Shown: positions 19,292-29,623, numbered from the stretch's first letter. The stretch is 64,000 nt of DNA from an uncultured Chlamydiales bacterium (GCA_963699155.1 OY969414.1:32001-96000), one strand, 5' to 3'. The notes: generated by a model from the letters alone, not told the origin. Program-made: numbers and translations.

Positions 19292-22036
19292 TTACCGCTC
19301 CTGCTTTTTCAGAAAGAGGAGGGAAAGTCCGAACAATATTGGAATAGTGATCAGTAGGGGGATGAACCTAGACATGAGATCGTGAAAGCCAAGGCCTTTC
19401 GAAAAAACACCTCTTGTAATGGTCAAATAATAGCTGGTGGGAAAAATGTGACCAATAAAGGCTCCTACCCCTTCCAAAGAGGAGACAGGATCGAGCAAAC
19501 CAGATAAATTATTCGTGGGCAGAAGGACCAGAATACTTGTAGCGAAGATCGCAGCCGTTTGGCTTACGGTGAAAGTGGAAACTAATAATCCAAATGCAGT
19601 TGAGATGATAACGAATAGAATCGTGGCCAAGAGCAGCGTCAAGAAACTCCCTTTAACCGTCATACCAAAAATAAAATAGGCGAGGATGACCATGATAAAA
19701 AAATTGATCAGCGCAATGACGATGTAAGGGATTTGTTTACCTACCAAAAACTCTAGACGTCTGGTAGGAGAGACATAAAGGTTCACTATGGAACCAAACT
19801 CTTTTTCTCTCACCACAGAAAGTGCGCTGAGTATGGCAGGAATCATCATAAGGATGATAGCAAAAGCTGCCGGCACGATGACTTTCTCACTTTTAACGTC
19901 AGGATTGTAAAGAAAACGCGCTTCAATAGATACAGGCTCCTGTGGCGTATGGAGCCACTTCCGCGCTGTGTTTTCCTCCCAATGCAGATTGGCCCCTTGT
20001 ATATATCCGCGGATAGTTTCTGCATATTTTGGCATAGCTCCATCAATCCAAGTTCCAATACTCACCTGTTTACCGTGGAGTATGTCACTGGCAAAGTTTG
20101 GGGGTATCTCTATTGCTAGACTAATATCGTCGTTGCGCATTCGTCGATCCAAATCATGGTAATCTTTGAGAGGAGGACGTTCAGTAAAAGAGGCGGAGGC
20201 GGCCAGATTGTAGATATAGTCACGACTAATATCTGTCTGGTCTCTATCCAGAACAGCAAATGGAATATTTTTGACGTCTACACTGATTCCATAGCTCAAT
20301 GCTACTAAGAGGACAATACATCCAACCACGGAAAGTGCCAAACGGGTGACATCTCGATAAAGTTCTAATGCCTCTCTCTGAATATAGGCTCCCATGCGTT
20401 GCAAGCTGAAGAGAGGCGGCTTTTTTTTAATAAAATTTGAATTTTTTAGTTCAACCTTCTTTTGGATAGATGGTGAAGGCTCTTCTTCTTTATGAGCACC
20501 GGCATCTTGAAGAAATTTGACGAAAGCGTCCTCTAGTGTTTTTGCTTTGCATTGTTCTCTCAAGACAGATGGCGGGGCAGTGGCCAATACACGCCCAGCA
20601 TGCATGAGTGAGACCCTATCACAGCGTTCTGCTTCATTCATAAAGTGGGTGGAAATGAAGATGGTGACTCTATCTTGTCTCGACAGCTCAATCATCATTT
20701 GCCAAAAAGCATCTCGAGCGATAGGGTCGACACCTGTGGTCGGCTCATCCAAAATCAAGATTTCTGGATCATGGATCATCGCTACAGCCAAAGAGAGCCT
20801 TTGACGCTGTCCCAGCGGAATCGCTTTTGGCAGACTGTGGCCCTCCGCCTCAATTCCAAAGCGATGCATAATCTTTTCAACTTTTTCGGGGATTTGCTCT
20901 TCGGGAATATTGAAAAGACGGGCGTGGAGAAAGAGATTTTGTTTGACCGTAAGCTCATTGTAAAGTGAGAAGAATTGAGACATATAGCCGACACGCTTTC
21001 GCGTTTCGATATCGTGTGGATTTAAAACGTGACCGAAAAGTTTAGCCTCTCCTTCACTAGGTGGTAAAAGCCCTGTCAGCATCTTCATCGTGGTCGTCTT
21101 GCCACAGCCATTGGATCCCACAAAGCCGAAGATTTCACCCCTATCTATCTTGAAATTCACATGATCGACCGCAGTGAAATCACCAAATCGCTTCGTGAGA
21201 TTGTGAGCTTCAATGAAAGTTTCGGTCGTAGACTGCCTAGGAGGAATCGTAAAGATAGGCTTGTAATTGATAAGCTTCGATTTCGGTAGCATGGAAATAA
21301 AGGCCTCTTCTAAGGAAGAGGAGCCTTCTCGAGCCAAAAACTGGTCAACTTTTCCTGAAAAGAGAAGATGACCACTATCCATGGCGATCAGCCAATCAAA
21401 TCCTGCCGCCTCTTCCATATAGGCAGTAGCCACTACTACATTTAGGCCTGGGCGCGTGCTTCGGATACTCTCTATGAGCTTCCAAAAAAGCCTTCTTGAT
21501 AATGGGTCAACACCTGTTGTGGGTTCATCGAGGATCAAGATATCAGGCTCATGAATCAACGCACAGCAGATCCCCAGTTTTTGCTTCATACCTCCCGAGA
21601 GCTGACCCATAAGACGCTCTTTAAAAGGGGCCAATTCTGTGATCTCTAAAAGCTCATCAATACGTTCTCGACGTTCATTTTGTGGAAGGCCAAAGAGGTT
21701 TCCAAAAAAATTGATATTCTCATAAACAGAGAGAGTTGCATAGAGATGATTGCCGAGCCCTTGCGGCATATAGGCAATTCTAGGACAGACCAACTCTCGA
21801 TGCTTCCTATCGGACATGTCCCCTCCAAACAGCTCGACCTTCCCCGTTTGGATTTTTCTTGAGCCAGATATCAGCGACAAAAGGGTAGATTTTCCGACGC
21901 CATCGGGACCTATAACCCCCACAGTACAGCCTGCGGGAATATCGAGATCGATCGCATCGAGCGCGGTAATCTTACCATGCCTCAGAGTGACTCCCCGCAT
22001 CTTTGCTACAGATTGCAGGGATCGATCGACACTCAT
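19292..22036 (-). CDS. rbbA: Ribosome-associated ATPase / ABC exporter RbbA (two NBDs plus permease)
   Basis: GPDGVGKS, YMPQGLG, LSGGMKQK, GSNGCGKTT, LPLG-type second signature, C-terminal ABC-2 permease. Confidence 0.9.
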   Translation of the reverse strand: MSVDRSLQSVAKMRGVTLRHGKITALDAIDLDIPAGCTVGVIGPDGVGKSTLLSLISGSRKIQTGKVELFGGDMSDRKHRELVCPRIAYMPQGLGNHLYATLSVYENINFFGNLFGLPQNERRERIDELLEITELAPFKERLMGQLSGGMKQKLGICCALIHEPDILILDEPTTGVDPLSRRLFWKLIESIRSTRPGLNVVVATAYMEEAAGFDWLIAMDSGHLLFSGKVDQFLAREGSSSLEEAFISMLPKSKLINYKPIFTIPPRQSTTETFIEAHNLTKRFGDFTAVDHVNFKIDRGEIFGFVGSNGCGKTTTMKMLTGLLPPSEGEAKLFGHVLNPHDIETRKRVGYMSQFFSLYNELTVKQNLFLHARLFNIPEEQIPEKVEKIMHRFGIEAEGHSLPKAIPLGQRQRLSLAVAMIHDPEILILDEPTTGVDPIARDAFWQMMIELSRQDRVTIFISTHFMNEAERCDRVSLMHAGRVLATAPPSVLREQCKAKTLEDAFVKFLQDAGAHKEEEPSPSIQKKVELKNSNFIKKKPPLFSLQRMGAYIQREALELYRDVTRLALSVVGCIVLLVALSYGISVDVKNIPFAVLDRDQTDISRDYIYNLAASASFTERPPLKDYHDLDRRMRNDDISLAIEIPPNFASDILHGKQVSIGTWIDGAMPKYAETIRGYIQGANLHWEENTARKWLHTPQEPVSIEARFLYNPDVKSEKVIVPAAFAIILMMIPAILSALSVVREKEFGSIVNLYVSPTRRLEFLVGKQIPYIVIALINFFIMVILAYFIFGMTVKGSFLTLLLATILFVIISTAFGLLVSTFTVSQTAAIFATSILVLLPTNNLSGLLDPVSSLEGVGAFIGHIFPTSYYLTITRGVFSKGLGFHDLMSRFIPLLITIPILFGLSLLFLKKQER

Positions 22037-23139
22037 ATATTAACCTTGAAATCGTTCGGCCATGGTTTTTTTGGATCGAGCCGAATGTAGGCATTGCCTG
22101 ACAAACCTACTTTAACCTGGTTAATATGCTTTTTAAGAAGCTCTGGAGAAATACGCGCTTTGACTCGGAACATGAGTTTTTCTCTTTCAGATGTAGTTTC
22201 CACACTTTTGGGAGTAAATTGAGCCACATCAGAAACATAGGAAATGTAGGCTGGGATAACGGTTTTTGGCGCTGCATCGAGTATCAACCTCACCTCTTCT
22301 CCAATAGCTATACGCCCTGCAGAGGCCGTAGAAAGAAAGAAAGTCATGTAGACATCACTTAAATCCACGAGACTGACCACAGGGCGGCCAGCCTCAACTA
22401 CTTCACCCGGCTGGGCAACACGGTACTGCACCCGCCCATCACGAGGGGCCCTGAGCGTGCTATCTCTTATTTCTGCCTCGATCCGCTCTACATTCCCTTT
22501 TGCTGATTTCACTTTTGATTCAGCTCCTATCACCTCTTCTTGTGCGGTGTCAATAGCTGCATTGGCCGCATCCATGTGTGCTTGAGAAGTATCCTTAGAA
22601 GTCATTGCATTTTTATAAGCGACCCAGTCATCATCAGCACTCTGTTTCGAAATGGCCCCTTCTGAAAGGAGCTTCGAAGAGCGGTTCCATTTTCTTTCAG
22701 CCGCTTCCATTTCCACCTCACGCTGACTAAATTGAGCTTCTGCCACACTTTTCTCGCTCTTACTCTGTGAGAGTCTGCTTTGGCTGATCGTGACCAAACT
22801 ATCTGCTTGAAGCTCTATTCCTTGAGCTTCTTTTAGCTGAGCATTCAGGACATCTGTATCCATGTAGGCTATCACCTGACCCGCATTGACATAATCTCCC
22901 TCGTGAACAAGAATCTCCTTAACCCTTGCAGACATTCGAGGAGCAATATTAATTTCAGTGGCCTCGATGCGTCCATTGCTTTTGATAATATTCCTGTGAC
23001 CCGCTCCTCCGAAGTATTGCCAGATCATGATAAGGAGGATTATTCCAATTACAATCAGGCTAAGCGGAATCAATAACCTTCTATTTTCTTTTATATTCGC
23101 TATCCATGTATTGAATCGCTCAGAATTCATAACCCCCAC
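22033..23139 (-). CDS. yhiI: HlyD-family membrane fusion protein, YhiI-like
   Basis: N-terminal TM, SNGRIEATE, LRAPRDGRVQYR, AQFTPKSVET, REKLMFRVK. Confidence 0.88.
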   Translation of the reverse strand: MGVMNSERFNTWIANIKENRRLLIPLSLIVIGIILLIMIWQYFGGAGHRNIIKSNGRIEATEINIAPRMSARVKEILVHEGDYVNAGQVIAYMDTDVLNAQLKEAQGIELQADSLVTISQSRLSQSKSEKSVAEAQFSQREVEMEAAERKWNRSSKLLSEGAISKQSADDDWVAYKNAMTSKDTSQAHMDAANAAIDTAQEEVIGAESKVKSAKGNVERIEAEIRDSTLRAPRDGRVQYRVAQPGEVVEAGRPVVSLVDLSDVYMTFFLSTASAGRIAIGEEVRLILDAAPKTVIPAYISYVSDVAQFTPKSVETTSEREKLMFRVKARISPELLKKHINQVKVGLSGNAYIRLDPKKPWPNDFKVNI

Positions 23140-24106
23140 CTAAGGCAGTATATAAGTTAACTTCGCTAGCAAGCAAAGCGCGTTGCGTCTGCACAAAGCC
23201 CTGTGCAGCAGAAAATTTCTCTCTCTCAGCATCGATAACTTCTAAAAATGGAGAGGTGCTATCCATAAATCTTAACCATGCTAATCGAAACCTTTCTGTT
23301 AGTTCATCTAACAAGCTTTTTTGAATGAAAATCTGCTCTGTAAACCAGGCATGATCAGCTAAAGCATCTCCAATTTCTCTATAGGCCGACTGAATGGTAT
23401 GTTCATATTCTGTAAATGCGATCTTACTCTCCACTTGTGACAAGCACATATTGCATGATCTATATTTAGCAGAAAGCACATCTGGGCGATTGCAGAGTAA
23501 TTCTGTAAATGTTCCTGAACAGATCTCTTTTCTAAAATAGGATTCAACCTCAGAAAGCAGATGATTGCCAGCGCATATCGGAAAGCCAACCAGAAGTGTC
23601 TGCGCGTTCCAGTTCAAATCACGCTTACGTTGCAATCCGACAAGAAGGCTTGCCGCTTCTTGCAGAAATGAGTCTGCTGCCAGCAAGTCAAATTTTGCCG
23701 CAGCGCCCTCCTCGAAGCTTAATTTCACGATGCGATTGATCTCTTGGCGCTCTTGAATGGTTTGTTTTGTAATGCAGATCAACTCATTGATCTCGGCTTC
23801 CATTAAATAGGTGTTGGCCACTTGCCCTATCAATCGAAGAGCTGCCGCATTCAAATCCTCTCGAGTCGCTAAATCAAATGGTGCACCTTGTACCCGCAGC
23901 CTTGCTACTCTTAGATCTCGGTTATTATACAAAGCCAAAGTGATCAACTGTTGTAGGTCGGGATCATCGAAAAAGTCTCGCCAGCAGAGGCACCGTATGT
24001 CCACGCAGCTCTCGGCACATCCCCCCTCTACAATTGGCAGGGAATGCCTTGCAGAGCAGCACGATAATATGAAGAGAGAAGACAAAAGAAATGATCTTAT
24101 TAACAT
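23120..24106 (-). CDS. Short OprM/NodT-like outer-membrane-factor lipoprotein (328 aa; beta-barrel segments apparently absent)
   Basis: Lipoprotein-like signal MLIRSFLLSSLFILSC; WRDFFDDPDLQQLI..AL.NNRDLRVA, LL.NRPDV..A, LEVIDAER, VNLYTALGGG. Confidence 0.8.
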   Translation of the reverse strand: MLIRSFLLSSLFILSCCSARHSLPIVEGGCAESCVDIRCLCWRDFFDDPDLQQLITLALYNNRDLRVARLRVQGAPFDLATREDLNAAALRLIGQVANTYLMEAEINELICITKQTIQERQEINRIVKLSFEEGAAAKFDLLAADSFLQEAASLLVGLQRKRDLNWNAQTLLVGFPICAGNHLLSEVESYFRKEICSGTFTELLCNRPDVLSAKYRSCNMCLSQVESKIAFTEYEHTIQSAYREIGDALADHAWFTEQIFIQKSLLDELTERFRLAWLRFMDSTSPFLEVIDAEREKFSAAQGFVQTQRALLASEVNLYTALGGGYEF

Positions 24107-24221
24107 TCGAGTTCCAAATAGAATGGCTCTTTCTCGTTCTATAGAACATTTCAGATTTAGAGAACAGGGTTGAGTGATTAGAGGATAAATTTTATAGTGG
24201 GCCTTCTTTAGTGGAGGAAAT

Positions 24222-24782
24222 ATGGCTGCGATTGGAAATGTGATGAGTGCTGATAGTGTAACTGTCAATCAGGGTTGTAAATGGGGAACTGCCATCGTTG
24301 TAGCTCTCGCTGTGATTGCTACGTTAACGATCGCCCTGAGCGCCTGGTCCAATGCGAGAGTGGCTACTGTCTATGGGGGCGAAGGGATTCTCCGCTTTTC
24401 TCCCTACACGCTGCTCTTACCTGCCGGGATCGTGACTGTGTGTGCCTTTGTGGCCACTGTTTTTCTGATGGCACCAGCAGTGCAGATGAGACAAGGGGTG
24501 CATCCATCAGTAGTTGTAGAGTCTCAACCGGCAGTTGCAGTATCTCAACCAGTAGTTGCAGTGCCTCAACCAGTAGTTGCCACTATGATGGGGCAATGCG
24601 TTAGTCTTCTCGTCCAGGAGGGAGAGTGGGTGGAGGTGGGCGCACCTCTCTATCGGATCGAAGTGATGAAAATGGAGCTAGAGATACGAGCTGACCGCGC
24701 AGGGCGGGTCCTACAGATCCACACCACTGCCGGCACCATTCTTAACAAAGGCGACCCTGTCGTTACGCTCGTGCCGATCTAG
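24222..24782 (+). CDS. Membrane-anchored protein with C-terminal biotinyl-attachment domain
   Basis: Two hydrophobic segments, Val/Pro linker, then LVQEGEWVEVGAPLYRIEVMKMELEIRADRAGRV with the MKM biotinylation motif. Confidence 0.8.
   Translation: MAAIGNVMSADSVTVNQGCKWGTAIVVALAVIATLTIALSAWSNARVATVYGGEGILRFSPYTLLLPAGIVTVCAFVATVFLMAPAVQMRQGVHPSVVVESQPAVAVSQPVVAVPQPVVATMMGQCVSLLVQEGEWVEVGAPLYRIEVMKMELEIRADRAGRVLQIHTTAGTILNKGDPVVTLVPI
24510..24581 (+). repeat. ~3.4 tandem copies of a 21-nt unit encoding the (VVAVxQP)n linker
   Basis: gtagttgtagagtctcaaccg / gcagttgcagtatctcaacca / gtagttgcagtgcctcaacca / gtagttgcc. Confidence 0.85.
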
Positions 24783-25272
24783 CCGGTCTCATCTTTGCTT
24801 TTTTCCACTTGTTGAGTAGGCAGAGGAGGAAAACCATGGCGATGGGTGTGAGGAGATCGGAGTAGAAGACCACGCCAGTGTTGATGTTGGAGAAGTTGTG
24901 GTTGATGAACATGTCGTAAATGTGGTCTACGGCATCTCCAAAGAGCCAAACTGAGCTGCCGATGATGGTCGCTGTCCAAAAAGTGCCGCGGAACCAGATG
25001 CACATGATCCCTAAGACGCCAAAGCCTAGGCTTGCGTTGGCCAATTCCTGCTGATAATGCGATGTCGGCCAATTCATAAAGTTAGCAGCCACTTGAGGAT
25101 AGAGGGTGTGGCCTAAAAATGAGAGAATGCCTAACACACCGATACTGAAGACAAGCTGATAGAGTAGCATCAGTTCGAGACAATTTTCTTTGGTCTTTGG
25201 CTTTTTTCCCATGAAAAAATGGATCAACCATCCGACGATACTTAATAGGACAATAAAGCTATAAACAATCAT
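24763..25272 (-). CDS. Small multi-pass membrane protein (DUF6790-like), coupled to czcA
   Basis: Several TM helices; SHYQQELANASLGFGVLG, GDAVDHI, NFSNINTG; ATG overlaps the czcA stop. Confidence 0.7.
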   Translation of the reverse strand: MIVYSFIVLLSIVGWLIHFFMGKKPKTKENCLELMLLYQLVFSIGVLGILSFLGHTLYPQVAANFMNWPTSHYQQELANASLGFGVLGIMCIWFRGTFWTATIIGSSVWLFGDAVDHIYDMFINHNFSNINTGVVFYSDLLTPIAMVFLLCLLNKWKKAKMRPARSARA

Positions 25273-28200
25273 GATTCTCTCCCGTTTGGTATATATGTTA
25301 GGAAGCGGCTGCAAAGCAATGGAATGATAAAAAGGGTGAGCAGCGTGGAACTAATAAGACCGCCAATGACCACAGTCGCTAGTGGTTTTTGAACCTCTGC
25401 ACCAGCACCTGAAGAAAGGGCCATTGGAATAAACCCTAGGGAGGCCACTAAAGCTGTCATCAAAACAGGTCTGAGGCGCGTCAGAGCACCCTGAATCACA
25501 GCTTTCTTAGGCGGCACACCCTTCTGAATCAATTGCGAGATATAGGTCACCAGAACGAGGCCATTCAAAACGGCGATCCCCGAAAGGGCGATAAATCCGA
25601 CGCCAGCTGAGATGGAAAATGGGATCCCTCGCATAGCCAGAGCGATAATGCCTCCAGTAATCGCAAGAGGGACTCCGCTAAAGACCAGAAGCGCTTTTTT
25701 GATCGACTGCAGAGCACTGTATAAGAGGAAAAAGATGACGAGGAAGCAGAGAGGGACTAGAATCATCAACTGCTGACGGGCCGATTCCAAATTCTCAAAC
25801 TGTCCTCCCCACGAGATCCAGTAGCCGGGCGGCAGTTTCACTTGGCTCTGCACCTTTTCTTTAGCCTCGTTGACAAAAGAGCCCAGATCTCGTCCTCTGA
25901 CATTAGCCTGAACGATAAAGACCCGCTTGCTATTTTCGCGATTCACTTCATTCATCCCTTCCTGCAAGGAGAGCGTCGCGACCTCTCTCAAAGGGACGTA
26001 AGGGTACGAGATGCTGCTTTTCTCACGCGTAGATAACACGACGGGCAGATTCTCTAAGGAGACAAGATCATGGCGGAGGGGCTGAGGAAGGCGGATAATG
26101 ATATCAAAGCGGCGATCTCCTTCGAAGATTGTGCCTGCCTCTCTTCCTCCAATCGCTGTCGCAATGACATCCAGAACCTCATTTCCATTGAGTCCCAAAC
26201 GGCTCAAACTGCGATTATCGACATCGATCGCCAGCGTAGGCTGTCCCTCCGCTTGAGTGACTCTGAGATCTTCCGCCCCTTTGATGGTGCCGATCGTGTG
26301 GTGGATTTGGGAGCCGATTTTTTCCAAAACTCGATAGTCATCCCCATAAATTTTGATGGCTAAATCCCCTCTTGTTCCCGCAATCAGTTCATTGAAGCGC
26401 ATTTCAATGGGCTGGGTGAATTCATACATGTTCCCTGGGGCCTCTTGCAGGGCCGTTTCGAAACGATCGATGAGAGCCTCTTTATCTAGATGAGGATCGG
26501 GCCACTCCTTTTGCGGCTTCAACATGATAAAGGTATCGGACACATTGGGAGGCATCGGATCAGAAGCCGCTTCCGCCGTGCCCGTCTTGGAAAAGACATA
26601 GTCGACTTCGGGCTGCTTGAGAAGAATCGCTTCAACCTGCGTCTGCATCTGACTCGATTGAGTGAGAGAGGTGCTCGGAATGCGGATCGCATGCATGGCA
26701 ATGTCTTTTTCATCCAAAGTGGGAACAAATTCCTGTCCTAGCATGAGGAAGAGGGCAAATGCGCCCACTGTCAATATTGTAGAGCCCGTCAAGAGGGCAA
26801 CGGGCCGTTTCACCACCTTGATCAAAAGGGGCCCATAGAAATTTTTCATCTTCTGCATGAAGAAGCTCTCTTTCTCCTGCACTTTTCGCGAAATGACCAT
26901 GGTGATCATGGCGGGGACAAAGGTGAGGGAGAGGATAAAGGCGGCGATAAGAGCAAAAATAACAGTCAACGCCATCGGCTGGAACATTTTACCTTCCACC
27001 CCCTGGAAAGCCAAGAGTGGAACATAGACAATCATGATGATCGCCTGCCCAAAGACGGTCGGCTGGATCATCTCTTTGGTCGCTTTGGTGATCACATCGA
27101 TCCGTTCAGGACTTGTCAGCGCTCTTCCGAAACTCTGCTGCCTTTTGGCCATCTTACGGAGGCAATTTTCCGTGATGATGATCGCCCCATCGACGATCAA
27201 GCCAAAGTCGAGTGCGCCTAAACTCATCAGATTGCCACTGATTTCAAATTTCACCATGCCGATAGCTGTCAACAGCATCGAGAGAGGAATCACAGAGGCC
27301 GTGATGAGCGCAGCTCTGAAATTATTCAACATCAAGAAGAGAACTAAAATGACGAGAAGTGCCCCTTCAGAGAGGTTGAGAGCGACTGTTTTGATGGTTG
27401 AATCGACCAGCTTGGTGCGATTTAAGATGGGAGTGATGACGATATCTTCAGGCAAACTCGAACGGATCGTTTCCAACCGGTCGTGGACAGCGCTAGAAAC
27501 GGTTCGGCTATTGGCTCCAATCAGCATCATTGCCGTCCCAATCACCGTCTCACGACCATCTTTGCTGGCGCTTCCCGTTCTCAGCTCCTCACCAATGCCA
27601 ACGCTGGCTACATCTTGGATGCGTACAGGAACACCCCCTTTCGAAGTGATCACGACCTGCAGCAGCTCTTCAAAATTTTTGACCCGATTGTCAGAAGTGA
27701 CGATGTAGGTTTCATTTTTCAACTCTAAATAGCCTGCGCCGATACTGGAGTTGTTTGTCTCAATGGCGCCGATCAGATCGGAGAAGCTCACTCCTAAAGC
27801 GACCATCTTCTCAGGGTCAGGAGTGATATGGTATTGACGGACGAAACCGCCGATCGAATCGATATCGGCAATGCCGGTGACCCCTTTCAGCTGGGGGCGG
27901 ATGATCCAATCCTGAACGGTTCTTAAATAGGAAGAGAGCTCGGTTTCGCTTGAGAGCTGCACTCCTTCGGGTGTCAAGTATGAGCCATCCGATTGCCAAC
28001 CTGCTTCGCCCGGGTGGATCTCTGCTCCGACACCGTGAGGATGGGCATACTCAACAGACCACATGTAGACCTCTCCCAGTCCCGTCGAAATGGGTCCCAT
28101 TTTCGGCTCGACGCCATCGGGTAGGAGCTCTTTGGTCTGAGTTAGCTTCTCATGAATTTGCTGACGGGCAAAGTAGATATCGACCTCTTCGTCAAAGATC

Positions 28201-28484
28201 GCCGTCACTTGAGAAAAGCCGCTGCGTGAGAGTGAACGGGTCGATTCCAACCCAGGAATCCCTGCAAGGGTAGTCTCGATGGGAAAGGTGATCTGCTTTT
28301 CCACATCCACAGGTGAAAGCCCCATAGCCACTGTATTGATCTGGACCTGCTTGTTGGTGATATCAGGAACCGCATCGATGGGTAAATGGTTCAACGCATA
28401 GACGCCGTAAGCGGCAGCGAGCGCCGTCAGCAGAACGACGAAGAGGCGATGGTGGATGGAAAAGCGAAGGATTTTTTCGAGCAT
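25269..28484 (-). CDS. czcA: CzcA/CusA-family heavy-metal RND transporter
   Basis: LPIDAVPDITNKQVQINT, GNLMSLGALDFGLIVDGA, EGKMFQPMA, RLRPVLMTA, GAEVQKPLATVVIGG. Confidence 0.95.
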   Translation of the reverse strand: MLEKILRFSIHHRLFVVLLTALAAAYGVYALNHLPIDAVPDITNKQVQINTVAMGLSPVDVEKQITFPIETTLAGIPGLESTRSLSRSGFSQVTAIFDEEVDIYFARQQIHEKLTQTKELLPDGVEPKMGPISTGLGEVYMWSVEYAHPHGVGAEIHPGEAGWQSDGSYLTPEGVQLSSETELSSYLRTVQDWIIRPQLKGVTGIADIDSIGGFVRQYHITPDPEKMVALGVSFSDLIGAIETNNSSIGAGYLELKNETYIVTSDNRVKNFEELLQVVITSKGGVPVRIQDVASVGIGEELRTGSASKDGRETVIGTAMMLIGANSRTVSSAVHDRLETIRSSLPEDIVITPILNRTKLVDSTIKTVALNLSEGALLVILVLFLMLNNFRAALITASVIPLSMLLTAIGMVKFEISGNLMSLGALDFGLIVDGAIIITENCLRKMAKRQQSFGRALTSPERIDVITKATKEMIQPTVFGQAIIMIVYVPLLAFQGVEGKMFQPMALTVIFALIAAFILSLTFVPAMITMVISRKVQEKESFFMQKMKNFYGPLLIKVVKRPVALLTGSTILTVGAFALFLMLGQEFVPTLDEKDIAMHAIRIPSTSLTQSSQMQTQVEAILLKQPEVDYVFSKTGTAEAASDPMPPNVSDTFIMLKPQKEWPDPHLDKEALIDRFETALQEAPGNMYEFTQPIEMRFNELIAGTRGDLAIKIYGDDYRVLEKIGSQIHHTIGTIKGAEDLRVTQAEGQPTLAIDVDNRSLSRLGLNGNEVLDVIATAIGGREAGTIFEGDRRFDIIIRLPQPLRHDLVSLENLPVVLSTREKSSISYPYVPLREVATLSLQEGMNEVNRENSKRVFIVQANVRGRDLGSFVNEAKEKVQSQVKLPPGYWISWGGQFENLESARQQLMILVPLCFLVIFFLLYSALQSIKKALLVFSGVPLAITGGIIALAMRGIPFSISAGVGFIALSGIAVLNGLVLVTYISQLIQKGVPPKKAVIQGALTRLRPVLMTALVASLGFIPMALSSGAGAEVQKPLATVVIGGLISSTLLTLFIIPLLCSRFLTYIPNGRES

Positions 28485-29623
28485 CAGTGGTGGTGCTCCC
28501 CTTCTTCTTTTTCATAGTCTGCCTTGAGGGTAAAGGTATTGGTCGCTGCAAACTTTACCCCGGGCTGTAAACCAGAAAGAATTTCCACATTCGCCCGGTC
28601 CATTTTTCCCAATTTGACATTACAGGGACAAAATCCCGTTTCACCATCCTCGATAAAGAGACAGGACTCTCCATTGATGAGCTGGACAGCCTCTTTGGGG
28701 ACGACGAGGCTTACAGCAGATTTCTCCGTCTCCAGATGAGCTGTGATAAACTCACCCGGCTTCCAGATGCCTTCTGAATTATCTAAAACAGCGATGGCTG
28801 TTGCCTTTCGTGTCTCTTCACTGATGGTCGGATTAAAATGGGAGAGTTGTGCACTCGTAGATAAATGGTGGGCAGCGATAATCTCTATAGGCAATCCCTC
28901 CTTCAAATAGTGGGCGTCATTGGCTGCCACATGGAGTTCGACCCAAACCTTGTCGAAATTGGCAACCCGGAAAATTTTACAACTGGCACCCACATGCTCC
29001 CCTAAGGTCAAATCTCTCTCAAAAATTTTCCCCGATAAAGGCGAACGGATCTGGTAATAACGGAACTTTTCTGGACTTTCCTGAGCGACTTGGCGCACAT
29101 CAGCTTCTGTCAAACCCAATGCGTAGAGATGCTGGAGGGCCACTTGAGCATGTACCAACGCCTCTTCAGCAGCGAGCTTGGCTTCCAGATAATCCTTCTC
29201 AGCTGAAATCCGACGTAAGTTGGCTTCTCGCTGCAGAATCAGCTGCTGGAGCTCCGCCTTTTTTTCTGCCGTCAGATAGGCTGCCTTCGCTGCCGCCATC
29301 TCTTGACTCTCCAGAAGAGCGATCACCTCTCCTTTCTCAACAGAGTCGCCCACATTTTTGTAGATGGCCTGGACTGTTCCTTCAATTTTGGGCATGACAA
29401 TTGCGAGATTATCAGGATGAGCTGCGATTTTCCCAGAAACGGGGACGATCCGCTGGATCATACCGGGGCCTGCAACCTGCGCGAGAATATTGGCTGCCGC
29501 CATCTTCTCTTGAGTCCAATGGAAGAGAGGCTTCTCCTCCTCTCCCGTAGTATGGTCGTGAGCGTAACCCAGATAAGGTAATAGCGCTAAAAGATAATAA
29601 ATTTTATTCATTCCATCCCCCAC
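28484..29623 (-). CDS. czcB: CzcB-family RND periplasmic adaptor
   Basis: Signal peptide, His-rich termini, IRSPLSG, VWVEL, WKPGEFI, VVPKEAVQ. Confidence 0.9.
   Translation of the reverse strand: MGDGMNKIYYLLALLPYLGYAHDHTTGEEEKPLFHWTQEKMAAANILAQVAGPGMIQRIVPVSGKIAAHPDNLAIVMPKIEGTVQAIYKNVGDSVEKGEVIALLESQEMAAAKAAYLTAEKKAELQQLILQREANLRRISAEKDYLEAKLAAEEALVHAQVALQHLYALGLTEADVRQVAQESPEKFRYYQIRSPLSGKIFERDLTLGEHVGASCKIFRVANFDKVWVELHVAANDAHYLKEGLPIEIIAAHHLSTSAQLSHFNPTISEETRKATAIAVLDNSEGIWKPGEFITAHLETEKSAVSLVVPKEAVQLINGESCLFIEDGETGFCPCNVKLGKMDRANVEILSGLQPGVKFAATNTFTLKADYEKEEGEHHH

Noticed and set aside
19292..22036. RbbA as the dedicated peptidase-exporter of the NHLP precursor
   Set aside because: No N-terminal C39 peptidase domain; the architecture is standard RbbA.
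27930..28060. His-containing insertion in CzcA (HPHG..GWQSDGSYLTPEG)
   Set aside because: I recall similar insertions in other CzcA-family proteins, so it is not treated as novel.
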